Below, one piece after another: positions 39,961-52,100 of a DNA stretch of 64,000 nt. Position numbers and translations under genes: made by a program. The stretch is from Monocercomonoides exilis PA203. Lineage: Eukaryota > Protista > Preaxostyla. The number at the start of each line of letters is the position of its first letter. Position 1 is the first letter of the stretch. The stretch covers positions 62,001 through 126,000 of the forward strand of contig LSRY02000043.1 in NCBI GenBank assembly GCA_001643675.2. Direction: 5' to 3'. The notes beneath the pieces were generated by a model. That model was not told the origin of the DNA. It ran no database searches and was given only the letters and a program-made list of their open reading frames with translations.

Positions 39961-42900
39961 TTCACATTTTCTTTTTCAAAGAACATTTCCTTCCAAATTC
40001 CATTTTCGTTATCGAGTGCAACATCGCTCATTGGTTTGATCAGCTCATCACTCACACTCACAGACTGCTCAGTTGCTCATATATCAGAGAGCACATCGAG
40101 TGTGGGCTTTGGATATAGCATTGTGAATGCGCAAAATGGGAATCTAAAAATGGATCGATTTGTGATTGGAGAAGGGCTGACATTCAATGATCACTCAGTC
40201 ATTGAATTTTGTGAAGGAATGGCGAGCGTGATTTGTTCAGGATGCAATTTCAGTGGAGTCAAAAGGAATGAGGGAGATGGAGGATGGATGAAAGGAACAG
40301 TTGGAACGAGTGGAACGTTGATAATTGATGGATGCAATGTGAATGGGAGCAGTTGTGCTGGTGGAAAGGGAGGAGGAATATATGTTGGATTGAAGGGAAA
40401 TGGGAAAGTGGTTGTGAATGGAACGAGTGTGATTGATGGGAATAAGGCAGAGAATAATGGAGGGAATGGAGGGAGAGGAGGAGGGATGTTTGTGTTGATG
40501 GAGAGTGGAGGATGTGGATTGACAATTGGGCAGAATGTTGAGTTTTCGAAAGTGAGGGAGAATGTGGCAACATATGGGAAGAATGTGTTTGTTCATTGTG
40601 GAAGTGGTGTGTTTTTGGAGTCAAAAGTGAATACAAGCTCATTTTCATTTTTTGATGCAAACACCATTCCATCAGATGTGTTGAGGCTGAGTGGGAGTGA
40701 AAATGGGGATGAAAGTGGAGTTATTCCACTGTTTGTGTATTTGTGTTCAATGGAGACAAAGGTGATTGTTGATGGGAGTGGAGGAAATGGGAAGGACCAC
40801 AATCATTGTGGATTTGAGGCATTCAGGTGTTTGACAGTTGATTATTGTGCGAACTCGAGATTGAGTGAAAGTTCAAAAGAAATAGAGGTTGTCTCGTCTT
40901 CGTCAATAACCAAGGAAATAACAGGACAATCATTTGATGTGATAATTTCAGGCAAAATAACATCATCATCCGATGGGGAGAGGATGGGAGTGAATGTGAG
41001 TGATGGAGGATTAGCCACACAAGATTATCTTGTTGGATGTTCGAGTTCACTGACAATGAGGAGACTTTCATTTGTTGTGAAAGGTCAGTTGAATTCAAGG
41101 AGAAGTGCATTCTTTCATTCAACATCAACACTCAGCATGACGAACTGTTCAGTCTCATTTGAGAGTGGGGCATTGACCAATGGAAAGATAGGATACAGCA
41201 TCATTGAGATGACAGGAGGGAATCTGATTGTTGATGGATTTGTGATGGAGGGGGGAGTGATAATGAATGGGAAATCTCCAGTTGCTATTTCAAATGGAGT
41301 TGAATTGGAGATTTTGAATAGCAGAATGATTGGAGTGGAAGCGATAGGGGTGGATGGGGGATGTTTGAATGTGGGTATGGGCGTTAATGGAAATGTGAAA
41401 ATTGAAGAAAGCAATTTTTCATCAACCTGCTCGGGTGGAAGTGGGATGAAAGGAGGAGGAATGATGATATCAATTGGAAGTGGAGGAACATTGAGAGTGA
41501 AAGGAGTGAAGTTTGAGGGATGTATTGTGCCGTCAAGTGAGGCTATGAATGGAGGGAGAGGAATGGGAGGAGGGATGTTTGTTGAACTTCCAAATCAAAT
41601 GGGAACATTTTCATTGGAGAGCATGACATTTGCTGGGTGCAGTGCATGGAAAGGGAAGAATTTGTTTGTGGAAGCACAGGACTTATCGGCTGTCATCAAC
41701 AACACTTCAATTGGATTCAATCCAGTGATTGAAGTGAATGTTGCAGACTTGAATGAACTTTGCGGAAGAGAAAGAGACAAAGCAGAGCTGATTGTTCCAC
41801 TTGTTGTGTTTCTTCGGACATTTTCATCACCAGCATATGTGAGTGGGAGAGAACAAGGAATTAAATTCAGACTGTGTGGATATGAAGATTACCCATGCAG
41901 TACAATTGAAGAAGCAAGTGAATATCGGTATCCGAGTTCAAAGCGAAATATCAGACTGACAAGCACATTTTCATTTGATGAAGAAGTGAAGTTGGATGAA
42001 CAGTCATACGAGATTGATTCTAGAGACGAAGATGTTGGAATAAGAATTGGAGGGACAAGTGCAAAAACACAAGAAGCGTTGGTGATGAACAGTGTATCAA
42101 CAACTTTGACAGGAATATTGTTTGAATTGGGAGGATCAATTGGAGATCGATCATCATTTGTTCATTCGACAAGTGGCACATTGAGATTTGCTGATTGCCG
42201 AATAAAGATGGGAAATGGAGTGGATGCAGTGAGTTATGCTTTTGTGAGTGCAAGTGGAGGGAAAGTGGAGATTATTGGGATGAGATGTGGAGGGAGCGAG
42301 AGAAAAGTGAAATTTGTGGGAAGTGTGATTGTCGTGAATGGGAGTTGCGAATGCATGATGGATGAGGTGATTATGAATCAAACAACATCAAGAGGAGTGA
42401 ATGGATTGGTTGAGATTGCTACAAGCAGCTCAGCCACAATCCAGAATTGCTCTTTCGCAAATTGTGATCTTCCGAGTTGTGGAGCAATTCAGATTGAGAA
42501 GTATTCATCAATCACATTGAAGAACACCTCATTTGAGAACATAACAAGAGGAACAAGAGATGGTGGATGCCTTCATGTGGATTCGAATGATGATGGAAGC
42601 CAAGATATAATCAGAATTGAGAATTGCACATTTCTTGTGGGCAAGGTGAGTGAGAATGGAAAAGGAGGAGGAGGGCTGTCAGTTTCATTGGAGAATCCAT
42701 CTGAGCTGTATGTTTCATCAACAAGATTTGAAAAGTGCTGTGCACCTTCAACAAGTGGATCTTCAGGGAAAGGAGGAGGAATGTTTCTAACTCTGACTGA
42801 AGCAGATGCATTGTTTGAGTTGTCAGATACTCTTATATTTGATGGAAATGAGGCAGAATATGGAAAGAACATGTTCATTTTGTCATCAGATCTGAATCAA

Positions 42901-45900
42901 ACGATTACAATTGATTCATTCAACTTTGATTATTCATCAATGATTAATGATAAAACTCTGTTTGTTGGGAGTGATAGCTATCATTCAAACAAAGATTTAT
43001 TCATGTTCCTCGTTCCATACAACTCATTTGAGATATTTATCTCGTCTAGCGGATTTGATGTTACACGTTGTGGAAGTGAGGAAGAGCCATGTTTCACGAT
43101 GTGGAAAGGGATGAAAAACATGAAAAAGGAGATTGGAGCGAAAACAATTCAGATTGAAGGATCAACAATTATTCAAGATTCATATGATCTTTCCAATTAT
43201 CAGATCAAAAAGGATGTGAAGATGGGAGATGAAGAAACAAAAGCAACATTGAATTTTGAAAAGGCGATTGGAAGTCAACTAGAATATTTCATAGTGAATG
43301 ATATACATCTTGAATTGACAAATATCCAGCTCCGATTAACATCTGAATTTGAGAACTCAGCCAAAACGATCATTTCGAACAGAGCTGGTGATTTAATATT
43401 ATCTGGATGCTCATTCCATTCAGAAGCAGGAGTTACAAATGGATTTGATTGTGTATTTGTGGATATGATTGGAGGCAGTGTGGAGGTGAATGATTTATCG
43501 ATGGAATCATGCAATGTTGGAAACAGCATTTTTGCCATTCACGATACTGAAATTACTTGTCATTTTGTGAATGTTCGAGTGGAATCGTTGAATGAAAGTG
43601 GAGGTTGCATTTTTTCAATCAAGAAATCTGAAACAACAACAAAAACAAATGAAGTGAGTGAGGAAATGAATCTTGTGATTGAGAAATCATCATTTTCGGG
43701 AGTGAAGAGAAGTGACAACGGAGCAAGCATTTTGGAATCAAAGAGTGAGAAAAAGATTTGTTTGGTTGTGAATGAGAGCAACATCACAGAAGACAAAGCA
43801 GAAATGAGTGAAAAAGGAGGAGCCATATTCTTCACATTAGGTGCATCTGGATCAATGAAGATGATCGACTCAACAATCAGTCAATGCAGCTGCAGTATTA
43901 GTTCAGGGAGAGGAGGAGGGGTGTATCTGGCAACAAAGGAAAGAGGAGATTTGAATTTCACATTTGTGGGAATGAAGTTCAGTTCAAACACAGCAAAAGT
44001 GGGAAAAGATATTTTCATTGAATGTTTCAACATCACATTGCAGATCAATGAGAGCCAATTCCAGTTTGATCTTCGAGAAGGCTATTACGATCGTTTCAAC
44101 GCGATATTTGGAAGAGATTATTGCGAACACCAAAGCAACACAGATCTAATTGGGTTTGTAACGATCCATCAGAGTGACACAATCATTGTATGCAGTGTGA
44201 ATGGATCGGATGAAAGACAATGTGGAACAAACACACTTCCATGTTATTCGATTGAACATGGACTGATGCATCTGACCTCAGATATTCTGAGTCTGATATT
44301 CGTTGTTGAAGAGAGTTTGATTGGTGATGAGATAAATCTGAACGAGATGAGTTTGAATTCGAAAAGCAGAGATTTGTGTAAAGTTGAAGTAAAATCGAAC
44401 ATTGAAAGAACAAGTGAGGCTTTGGTGACAACAACAGGAACAGTCTCATTGGTGAGAGTGAACTTTGCGTTTGATTCGTATTTCATCTCTTCACATGAAT
44501 CATTGATATTACCAGAGGGAGGAATTCTTGAAATTATGAATTGTTCATTCACAACAAAACAATTGACAGAAGGAGTTAATGATGCTTTTGCGAGCATTCC
44601 ATTTCGTCTCATAAATATGGAAAAAGGAGAAATACAACTTGATGGATGTGCAATGTCAAATCTCATTATTCATGAATCTGCATTGCATCTTTCTTCTCAA
44701 CTTCCATCAGTAATTGATTCATTGACGATTAGCAATTCAACAATTTCAAAATCTCTGATAGATATTAATGAATGTGGTCAATTAACAATCAAGGATTTCA
44801 AAACAAAAAATATCTCAGTTGAAGGAAATGAAGAATCATTGATATCTTTTTTGTCAATGAAAAAGACAATTCAATTGACAAATTGCTCAATAGGCGGAGT
44901 GAGATCAAAGACCACAAAAGGGAAATTGATGAAATTGAAGGATTGCACAGATGTTTCAATGGACAATTGTATTTTTGATGGAAGTTCAAAGGAAAGAAAT
45001 GATCAGTCTTTGAATGAAAAAGAAGAGATGTGCAGATGGGATGGATCTCTTGTGGATGTTGTGAAGAGTTCAGTGATGATGAAAGACATAACAATCTCGA
45101 ATTCACCAGAAGGTGGAATAACAATGAGTGGAGGGAATGTGAAGATTGAGAAAGGAGAGTTCATTGACAACAATCCATCGATTGAAGGATATTCATCGCT
45201 GAGAAGGAATATCATCTGTTCCAATTCTGGGACATTGAATGTGATGAGTTTGAAAGGAGGAGATGGTTGGAAGGATAATTCATCACTTTGGATGTTGGAT
45301 GAAGGGTGCAGTTTTGAAGGGATTGTTTCCGAAAGGGATTCGTCATTCTTCATTCCAGTGTTGGAGAGTGTCGAGGCAAAAGAAGAGACAGATAGAATGA
45401 AATTGGTATTTAAAGGATTGCTTCTTGTTCCGTGCAATTTGTCATTCTCAGTTGTGAAGAGAAAAGGAGAAGAGAAAGAGATTGAAAAACATGATTTTGA
45501 TGGAAATGGGTTTTTGTCAGAAAGAGAAGTTGAAGGAAGCGTTGCGAAAGATATTATCAGCAGTTTTGGAGATGAAATAGAAGTGAGTGTGCATGTTTTG
45601 TTTGGCAACGCAGAATCTCCTTCATCAACACATTCATTCATCCTGAAGAATGCAAGTATTACTCCTACAAAAGATGATGAAAGAATCTCAAAGGGAGGAA
45701 ATTCGAATGGAAATATATCTTCATGGGCAATGATTATAATTGTTGTATTTGTGTTGTTGTTTATAATTGTTTTGATTATTTCAATTATTGTTACAATAAG
45801 ATGGAGAAGGACAAAAGAAGAGGCAAGAAAATACAAAGAGATTGTTGATGATAACATCAAAAAGGATGCGAAGGCGTTTGAGATGGTGACGATGGAGATG

Positions 45901-47340
45901 GCACCCGAGGAGCGGTGGAGGAGAGCTGGAGGGGAGGTTGAGAAGATGAATGAAGAGAATGGAAAGAAGAGAATATACGAGACGAATATGCAACATTCAG
46001 AGTCATCTGAGCATCTTTTGAGTGAGAGTGACTCCACAGAATATATTCTTGGAAAGGATTCAGACAAGGTTCCAGAATGGGTGTTGGAGGAGGTGGATGA
46101 GAAGGAGTGGGAGGAAGAGATTCAAAAGAAATCGCCATCACCTTCCATTTCGTCAACAGACACCGAAACCACATTTGTTCGAGGGGAGGATCTGTGCCCA
46201 ACCACCTCGTCGATGTCGAATCTGGTGGATGCGATGGCCTGTTCATCGCCTCATGAGAAGCTGATTGTGGATCTGAGGGATTCGCTGTTCATGTTGTTGC
46301 ATGGGAGGAATGAGAAGAAGGAGATGGCAATTGGCTCGTTGAAAGAAAGAGAGGTGACAGGAGCGCAGATCCTGTTCTGGGTGGCGAATGGGGCACTCCA
46401 CTCGTTTGATGAAATGAGCAATCCTCTTTCATCTCTTGCCAACCTCAGTCCTCACATTGTTCTGTTTTCCGAACACATGGTTATCTGCATTGCCCTCCAC
46501 TCCGACTGCACCTCTTCCTCCGATGATTCGGACTCATCATCCATCTCATCATCGACAGTTGCGACGTCTGCAAGTGATGATGATGGCGATAGAGATTCTC
46601 TGCCATCATCAGCGTTTGAGGAGGAGGACGATTTCAAAAAAGAGTGTCTGAGGTGGAAGGCGCCAGAACTGCTGATGAACAAGAACATGGGGGCAACAAA
46701 GGAGTCAGTGGCATTCTCGATTGGGATGATGCTGTGGGTGTGCCTGACGCTGGAGGTGCCGTTTGGGGAGTATGCGGCAGAGGTGGCGGGGCAGAAGATC
46801 AAAGATGGGGAGAGGCCGGATGTGTCGAGGGTGTGTGAGTCGTCGGTGAGGGAGCTGGTGGGGAGGTGTGTGTGCGAGAAAGTGGGGAACAGGCCATCTC
46901 TGGATGAGATAAAGCGGGAGACGTTCAAGGATTTTGTGGGAGGGGCAGTGGTGATGACGATGTCGGATGCGGTTGGGGTTGGGGCTGAGGAGGAGTCGAG
47001 ATATGTGAGAGAAGAAGGGAGTGGCAGCACAAAGAAGGAAAGGAGCAGGGAAGAGGCAGCAGACAGGGCGAAGGATGAAGGGACAGAGCAGCAAATGAGT
47101 CAATGAGCAAATTGTGTGCAGAGCATACTTCTCAGAAGTTGTTGAGCTTGTGGAGAGATGTGAGAATGTGAGGTTGCTGAAGATTGAACGAGTTTCGATT
47201 ATGTTGGCAACTGTCAGGAAGAGGAAACACAGAAGGGTTGGAGTTGTGGGCACATTGCGAATGGGTGTTGGCTGGCTGCTTGGATTGCGTTGGCTGAACA
47301 CCCTGTGATGTGCAAGGGCTGATGAATATGTATTGTTTGC

Positions 47341-47385
47341 ATGTATTTTGTTTGCATGTATTTTGTTTGCATGTATTTTGTTTGT
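47341..47385. repeat. 15-bp minisatellite (ATGTATTTTGTTTGC) x3
   Basis: Directly visible tandem copies, with partial flanking units. Confidence 0.9.
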
Positions 47386-48082
47386 ATGTATTTATAATTG
47401 CATCTGAAACACTTCATTGTCTTTTTCTTCAAACTTTCATTGTGTGAGTGGAAGTGTGATTTTGGGAGAGATGCCTCATGTGTGTATGTATTTGTTTTTT
47501 TCAATGTATTTTTTGAGTTCAACCGTCATTTTCAAAAACAATATATAATCAACTATTTTCTTGTTCTTTTTTTTTCCTTTTTTGAAAATGCCAATGAGAA
47601 AAATCTTGTTCTTGAACAATAAATTAACATTGTCCCTATTTCTGATTGAGCTTTCATAAATATGTGAAACTCTTTGAATAATCATGGGTTAAGCCTTTCA
47701 CTGGATTGGGATTTTTGAAAAAGATAAATGACAAAACATGAATAATTTGTATTTTGTGATTGATAATTTCTTATTCTGTTATTCTCTCATCAATCCAAAA
47801 AGTTTCGCACGAAAGTATTGTGCAGAAGTATTCTTTATGGTTGAGATATTCTTGGGAAAAAACGCAGATTAATAACAGTTTTGGCAGGCAATAACTTTGT
47901 ACACAAATTTTTTTCGATTTGTACATTTTTTGGTAGTTTTCAAGTTTGTTAAAAAAGTGATAAAATGAGAATAAAAAATAAAATTATGATTATAATTTGT
48001 ATTTTTTGTGTTTTTTAGAATATTTATTGATAAAAATTGAACCAAAATAAGATTATGCATCAGATCAGTTACATTTTTTACG

Positions 48083-48646
48083 ATGGAAGATTCAAGGAAA
48101 GGATTAGTTATTGTTGACATTCAAAATGATTACTTCCAAGGAGGACGCAATCCATTGTCAAATCAAGAATCTGCTGCTGTTAATGCGCTAAAAGTTTTAA
48201 ACGAATTCAGAAAAGCAAAATTGCCCGTGTTTATAATTCAGCATATTAATGAGGATCCTGCTTCGCGTTTTTTCATAAAAAACACTGAAGGAGTAAAACT
48301 TCATGAAGGACTTGAACCTCGAGAAGGAGAACAACATATCGTCAAACATGTCCCAAGTTCATTCGTTGGAACAACACTTCTTGAGGAACTTAAAAAGGAA
48401 AATATTTCTGAAGTTGTTGTTATCGGAAGCATGAGTAATATGTGTATTGATTCTACAGCTCGTGATTCAGTCCATTTGGGTTTCAAGACAACAGTAATTC
48501 ATGACTGCTGTGCTGCAATGGATCTTTGCTTTGGAGAAACAAAAATTCCATCTCCAACTGTCCACGCAACATTCATGGCTGCATTAGCAATGCTTGCACA
48601 GGTGACAGACACAGAAACATTTTTAAAAACAATTCAAAAATGTTAA
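48083..48646 (+). CDS. Isochorismatase-family cysteine hydrolase; intronless
   Basis: VDIQNDYF (Asp), IVKHVPSSF (Lys) and GSMSNMCIDSTAR (Cys) triad. V.HDCCA and VHATFMAAL as in bacterial members. Confidence 0.9.
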   Translation: MEDSRKGLVIVDIQNDYFQGGRNPLSNQESAAVNALKVLNEFRKAKLPVFIIQHINEDPASRFFIKNTEGVKLHEGLEPREGEQHIVKHVPSSFVGTTLLEELKKENISEVVVIGSMSNMCIDSTARDSVHLGFKTTVIHDCCAAMDLCFGETKIPSPTVHATFMAALAMLAQVTDTETFLKTIQKC

Positions 48647-49114
48647 CATTATTGCCACTGATTGTGCCAGATTACAAATACAATTTTTTGAAGTATTATG
48701 AATAATGTTTTGTTTTTATTGTAAATGCTATGTTCGTATTTTCTTTTTAGTGACGCAATCCTTTTTATTGAAGTTATTTATTTTTTTATCATCATATTTT
48801 TGGGATTTACAACTAAAGATTGATTGCGTTCGAGTGTTATTGTTTTCCTCATGATTGTGCTTCTTGGTTTTTGAAAATTGTTGGAGTGGAAATATCAATT
48901 AAAGAATGAAAAATTATATTGTTCAAAATGCAGTTGATTAATTGGAATTATTCGCAGTTTATTTTTGACTTTTAAGAGAAACATTCATAGTTATTTTTTG
49001 AAAATAAAATTTGTCATTCATGTTCGAATCGAGAAAGAAAACTATCCATTATTAAAAATCAGGAACATCCATTTTTTTTTTAACAAAAAGGCAGAAACGC
49101 TTTTGTATCCGTAA

Positions 49115-52100
49115 ATGGGTTTGAAAGCTTGGTAGCATATGTTTTTTGACATTTATTTTCTTTAAATTCAGAACGACACGGACAAGACGATGATACAAGT
49201 TTGAATTTGTATTTTTCGAAGGGTATTGTGAAAATTTAATTTCTTTTGAATTGTTAATTGCAAATTTTAGGGGGAGTCAAGCTCGTTGATGTGCCACTTG
49301 CTTTCACAATTGAGCAGCTGCAACATTATTTTGCTGAAGCAGGAACAATTGAAAGAATCCACAAACAAAAGAAGCCACTAACAGTTCAAGGATATATTTT
49401 TATTTATTTCGCCAACCAAGAGAGTGCTCAATTTGTTTTACAGCATTCTGTCGTTGTTATTGATGGAGCTGAGTATGCTGTTCAACCTGCATACAAAAAC
49501 AAAACTATTGCTGTTCAAGGAAATTTATCGCAAACAACAATCGAAAAATTGGCAGTCCTTTTAACGTATTGAATCTTTCTTTTTATTTAAAATTTGTTTA
49601 ACTTTTTATATTCATTGCTTTTATTAAAATAGGAGGCGCTTTGGAAAAATCACTGGGATATCGCTTTCAAATGATCGGAAGCTTTGCTTTTTTCAATTTG
49701 AACTTCGTTCACAAGCCATAAAAGTACATAATAAATTATTGCAGGATCCGGAATGTCCTGCTCATATTTCGCTTTCTTGGGCCAATGTGTTTATTACTAA
49801 AACAACAATGCCATTTATTGTAGTGAGCAAATCAAAGACGGAAATCAGTTTAGAAACCACTAAATCTTTAGTACAAAACGAGCTTGCGAAATTTTTTGGG
49901 GACGATGCCTTTATGGCTCGTCAGATTACACGACTGAGCCCCAATCTTGATGGTGTTCAATCGAAAGTCTCACGTATGTCATCGTCTTTTCCGAGCGTGC
50001 TGGGAGACAAACCAGCCATCCGCTTCGACTCCGTTACGATTCCATACGAAAAATACTCGCAGCAGAAGTTCGGGTTCATCACTCTCCCGTCGCTTTATCT
50101 TCTTGTTGTGTCTCTCTCCTTTCTCGACGGCTTCACTCCGAACGGGCAGGTCAACATCCACTTCTGCCCAACCATCTACCTGGACCCAGCATACGAGCAC
50201 CCTTGCACCCTGAAGAAGGAGAAGATCCGCTTCTTCTGCCGTAACTCGCCATCACACGTATCTTTATCGTCGCCATCGCCAATGCCAATGTCTATGCCAA
50301 TGCACTATTCATCCTCCCGCCACGCTCCTGTCCCTGTTCCCACCTCCACTCCCGCCCCTGCCTCTACCTCTGCATCTGCTTCTGCTTCTGCCTCTAATTC
50401 TACCTCTTCTTCTGCCTCTGCCTCACCAACACGTGAGCAAAAGCACCAAAACGCCCTTTCAATCTACCGCCCGTCTCCTCTGGACATCCCCAACAGCATC
50501 CTCCCCCTCCCCCAGCCGTCCAGCAAGTCGCCTGACCCGATCTCCCGCTCTCCGTCGCCTGCTGCCCCTGCCTTCTCTGCCCGCCCTGCCGCCAACAGCA
50601 TGCTCCCCATGTACCACTCCCTCGACGTGTCCCCCTTGGCTCTGTCGCAGTCCCACTCCCAGTCGCGTTTCTCTGCCTCTCTCCTCACTTCCCCCACATA
50701 CTCCGCCAGCCTCTCTGCCTTCGCTCCGTTCACTCAGCCTTTCCTCTCCCACACTCCACAGCCGGCTACCCCAAAGTCCACATCTCCGTCTTCTCCTGTC
50801 CTTGAGCCCTTCTCGTCGCAGCAGTATGGAAGCAGCCACTTCTTCGGGGGATCACAGTATTTCTATCGCTCTCCAACAAGTTCGTCTCCGCTGTCTGCCA
50901 CACAAAACTTGGTCTCTAATACTTATTTACCGTCATCATCATCATCAGCATCGTCTTCTTCTTCTCCTTCTTTCAACCCCCTTCATTACTCTCTGGGAAG
51001 CAATCAACCTCGTGCCATATCTTCCACATCTCCTTCGCTTCCCAACAGCTCATCATCTTCTTCCTCTTCTTCCTCTTCCTATCAATCTATCGCGAATATT
51101 TCAACTTCCAATCATCTGTCTTCTGCTCTCTTCCACTCCACTCTCATTTCCTCTTCCTCTTCCTCATCTGCATCTTCTCATCAGTCGGCATTCCAGACTC
51201 TCAAGTCAACCTCAAAGACTTTCCCAACTCCTTCCATTTTGTCTTCTCCTTTCTCTTCTTCATTCTCTCAGCCAAACACTCACCATCAATCCAGCAGTGT
51301 CATCAAAGACCCTCTCTTAGCCACACCTCGCCTGCTGCAGAGTGGAGAAGGTGCACATTCATCTGACTCTTCTTCTTCTTCTTCATTTGTCCATCCGAAA
51401 TCCCGCTCGCCTTCAACACCCAACAGCAGCAGTAATATCGTAAGTAGCATCAATAACAATAACAATAATAGCAATAATAATAATTGTAACCAAATTCCTC
51501 AGATCACACGAACCATCTTCCAGAAGTCGCTCCTCTCGCCCACAGGCAGCTGGACACCTGCAGACTACTTCTCAGCCCAGTCACGTCTGCCGCCGCTGCT
51601 GCCATCGCCTGGCAGAAGCGACTCGTTCGCCACTCTCTCGCCACACGACCCGAATGAAGCAGCCCATCCGCCTCTGCCGAAGCAGCACTCACGAAGCACA
51701 CTACAGTCCTTTCAGGCAAATCCATCACTGCCGACAACTCCGTCACAGGCACAAATATCTGCTGGCTCTTCTTCTTCTTCTTCTTCCATCACGTTTTCTC
51801 CTTCTCATCATCTGATATCTGCTCGGCCACAAACCTCTTTACCATTTGATCCAAGTCTTGCTGATAGCTCATTCGTATACCCTTCCTCCTCCTCTTCCTC
51901 TTCCTCTTCTTCTTCTCTCACCAACCCAATCAACTCTGCTTCTAACAGCAGTAATAGCAGCAGCAGCAGCAGTGGTAGCTATCCAAACAACAGCTCATGT
52001 ACTCATTCTCCTGTCTTTTCAATGAGTGTCAACAACATCACTCTTCCAATGTCGCCATATTCTCTCCAGTCTTCTGGCAAGCCCTTTGCCCCGGCTGTGA

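Larger units (their letters stand above)
35278..39979 (+). mobile_element. Full-length DIRS1-like tyrosine-recombinase retrotransposon (about 4.7 kb)
   Basis: gag, RT-RNaseH-MT and YR ORFs. Inverted terminal repeats 35317-35369 / 39908-39960. ICR 39616-39721. No TSD beyond a shared AA. Confidence 0.95.
32114..47106 (+). pseudogene. Giant type-I membrane receptor-like gene (signal peptide, GG(A/G)(I/L/V) beta-helix-like repeats, TM helix, TKL-like pseudokinase), disrupted by two nonsense codons and a DIRS insertion
   Basis: ORFs 32114, 33209 and 33710 share one frame, split by TGA 33008-10 and TAG 33674-76. Joining 35279 to 39980 gives ...SSI-K-NISF in frame with ORF 39955 (3431 codons in total). 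TM segment WAMIIIVVFVLLFIIVLIISIIVTI. Kinase relic RWKAPEL..FSIGMMLW..PF..RPS without HRD/DFG. Confidence 0.85.

Noticed and set aside
39955-47106. Independent 2383-aa gene
   Set aside because: Its GTG start lies inside the DIRS right end; it is the 3' half of the interrupted gene.
47680-47692. GGGTTAA as right end of a second piggyBac-like element around the receptor gene
   Set aside because: No matching left TIR found upstream in the window.
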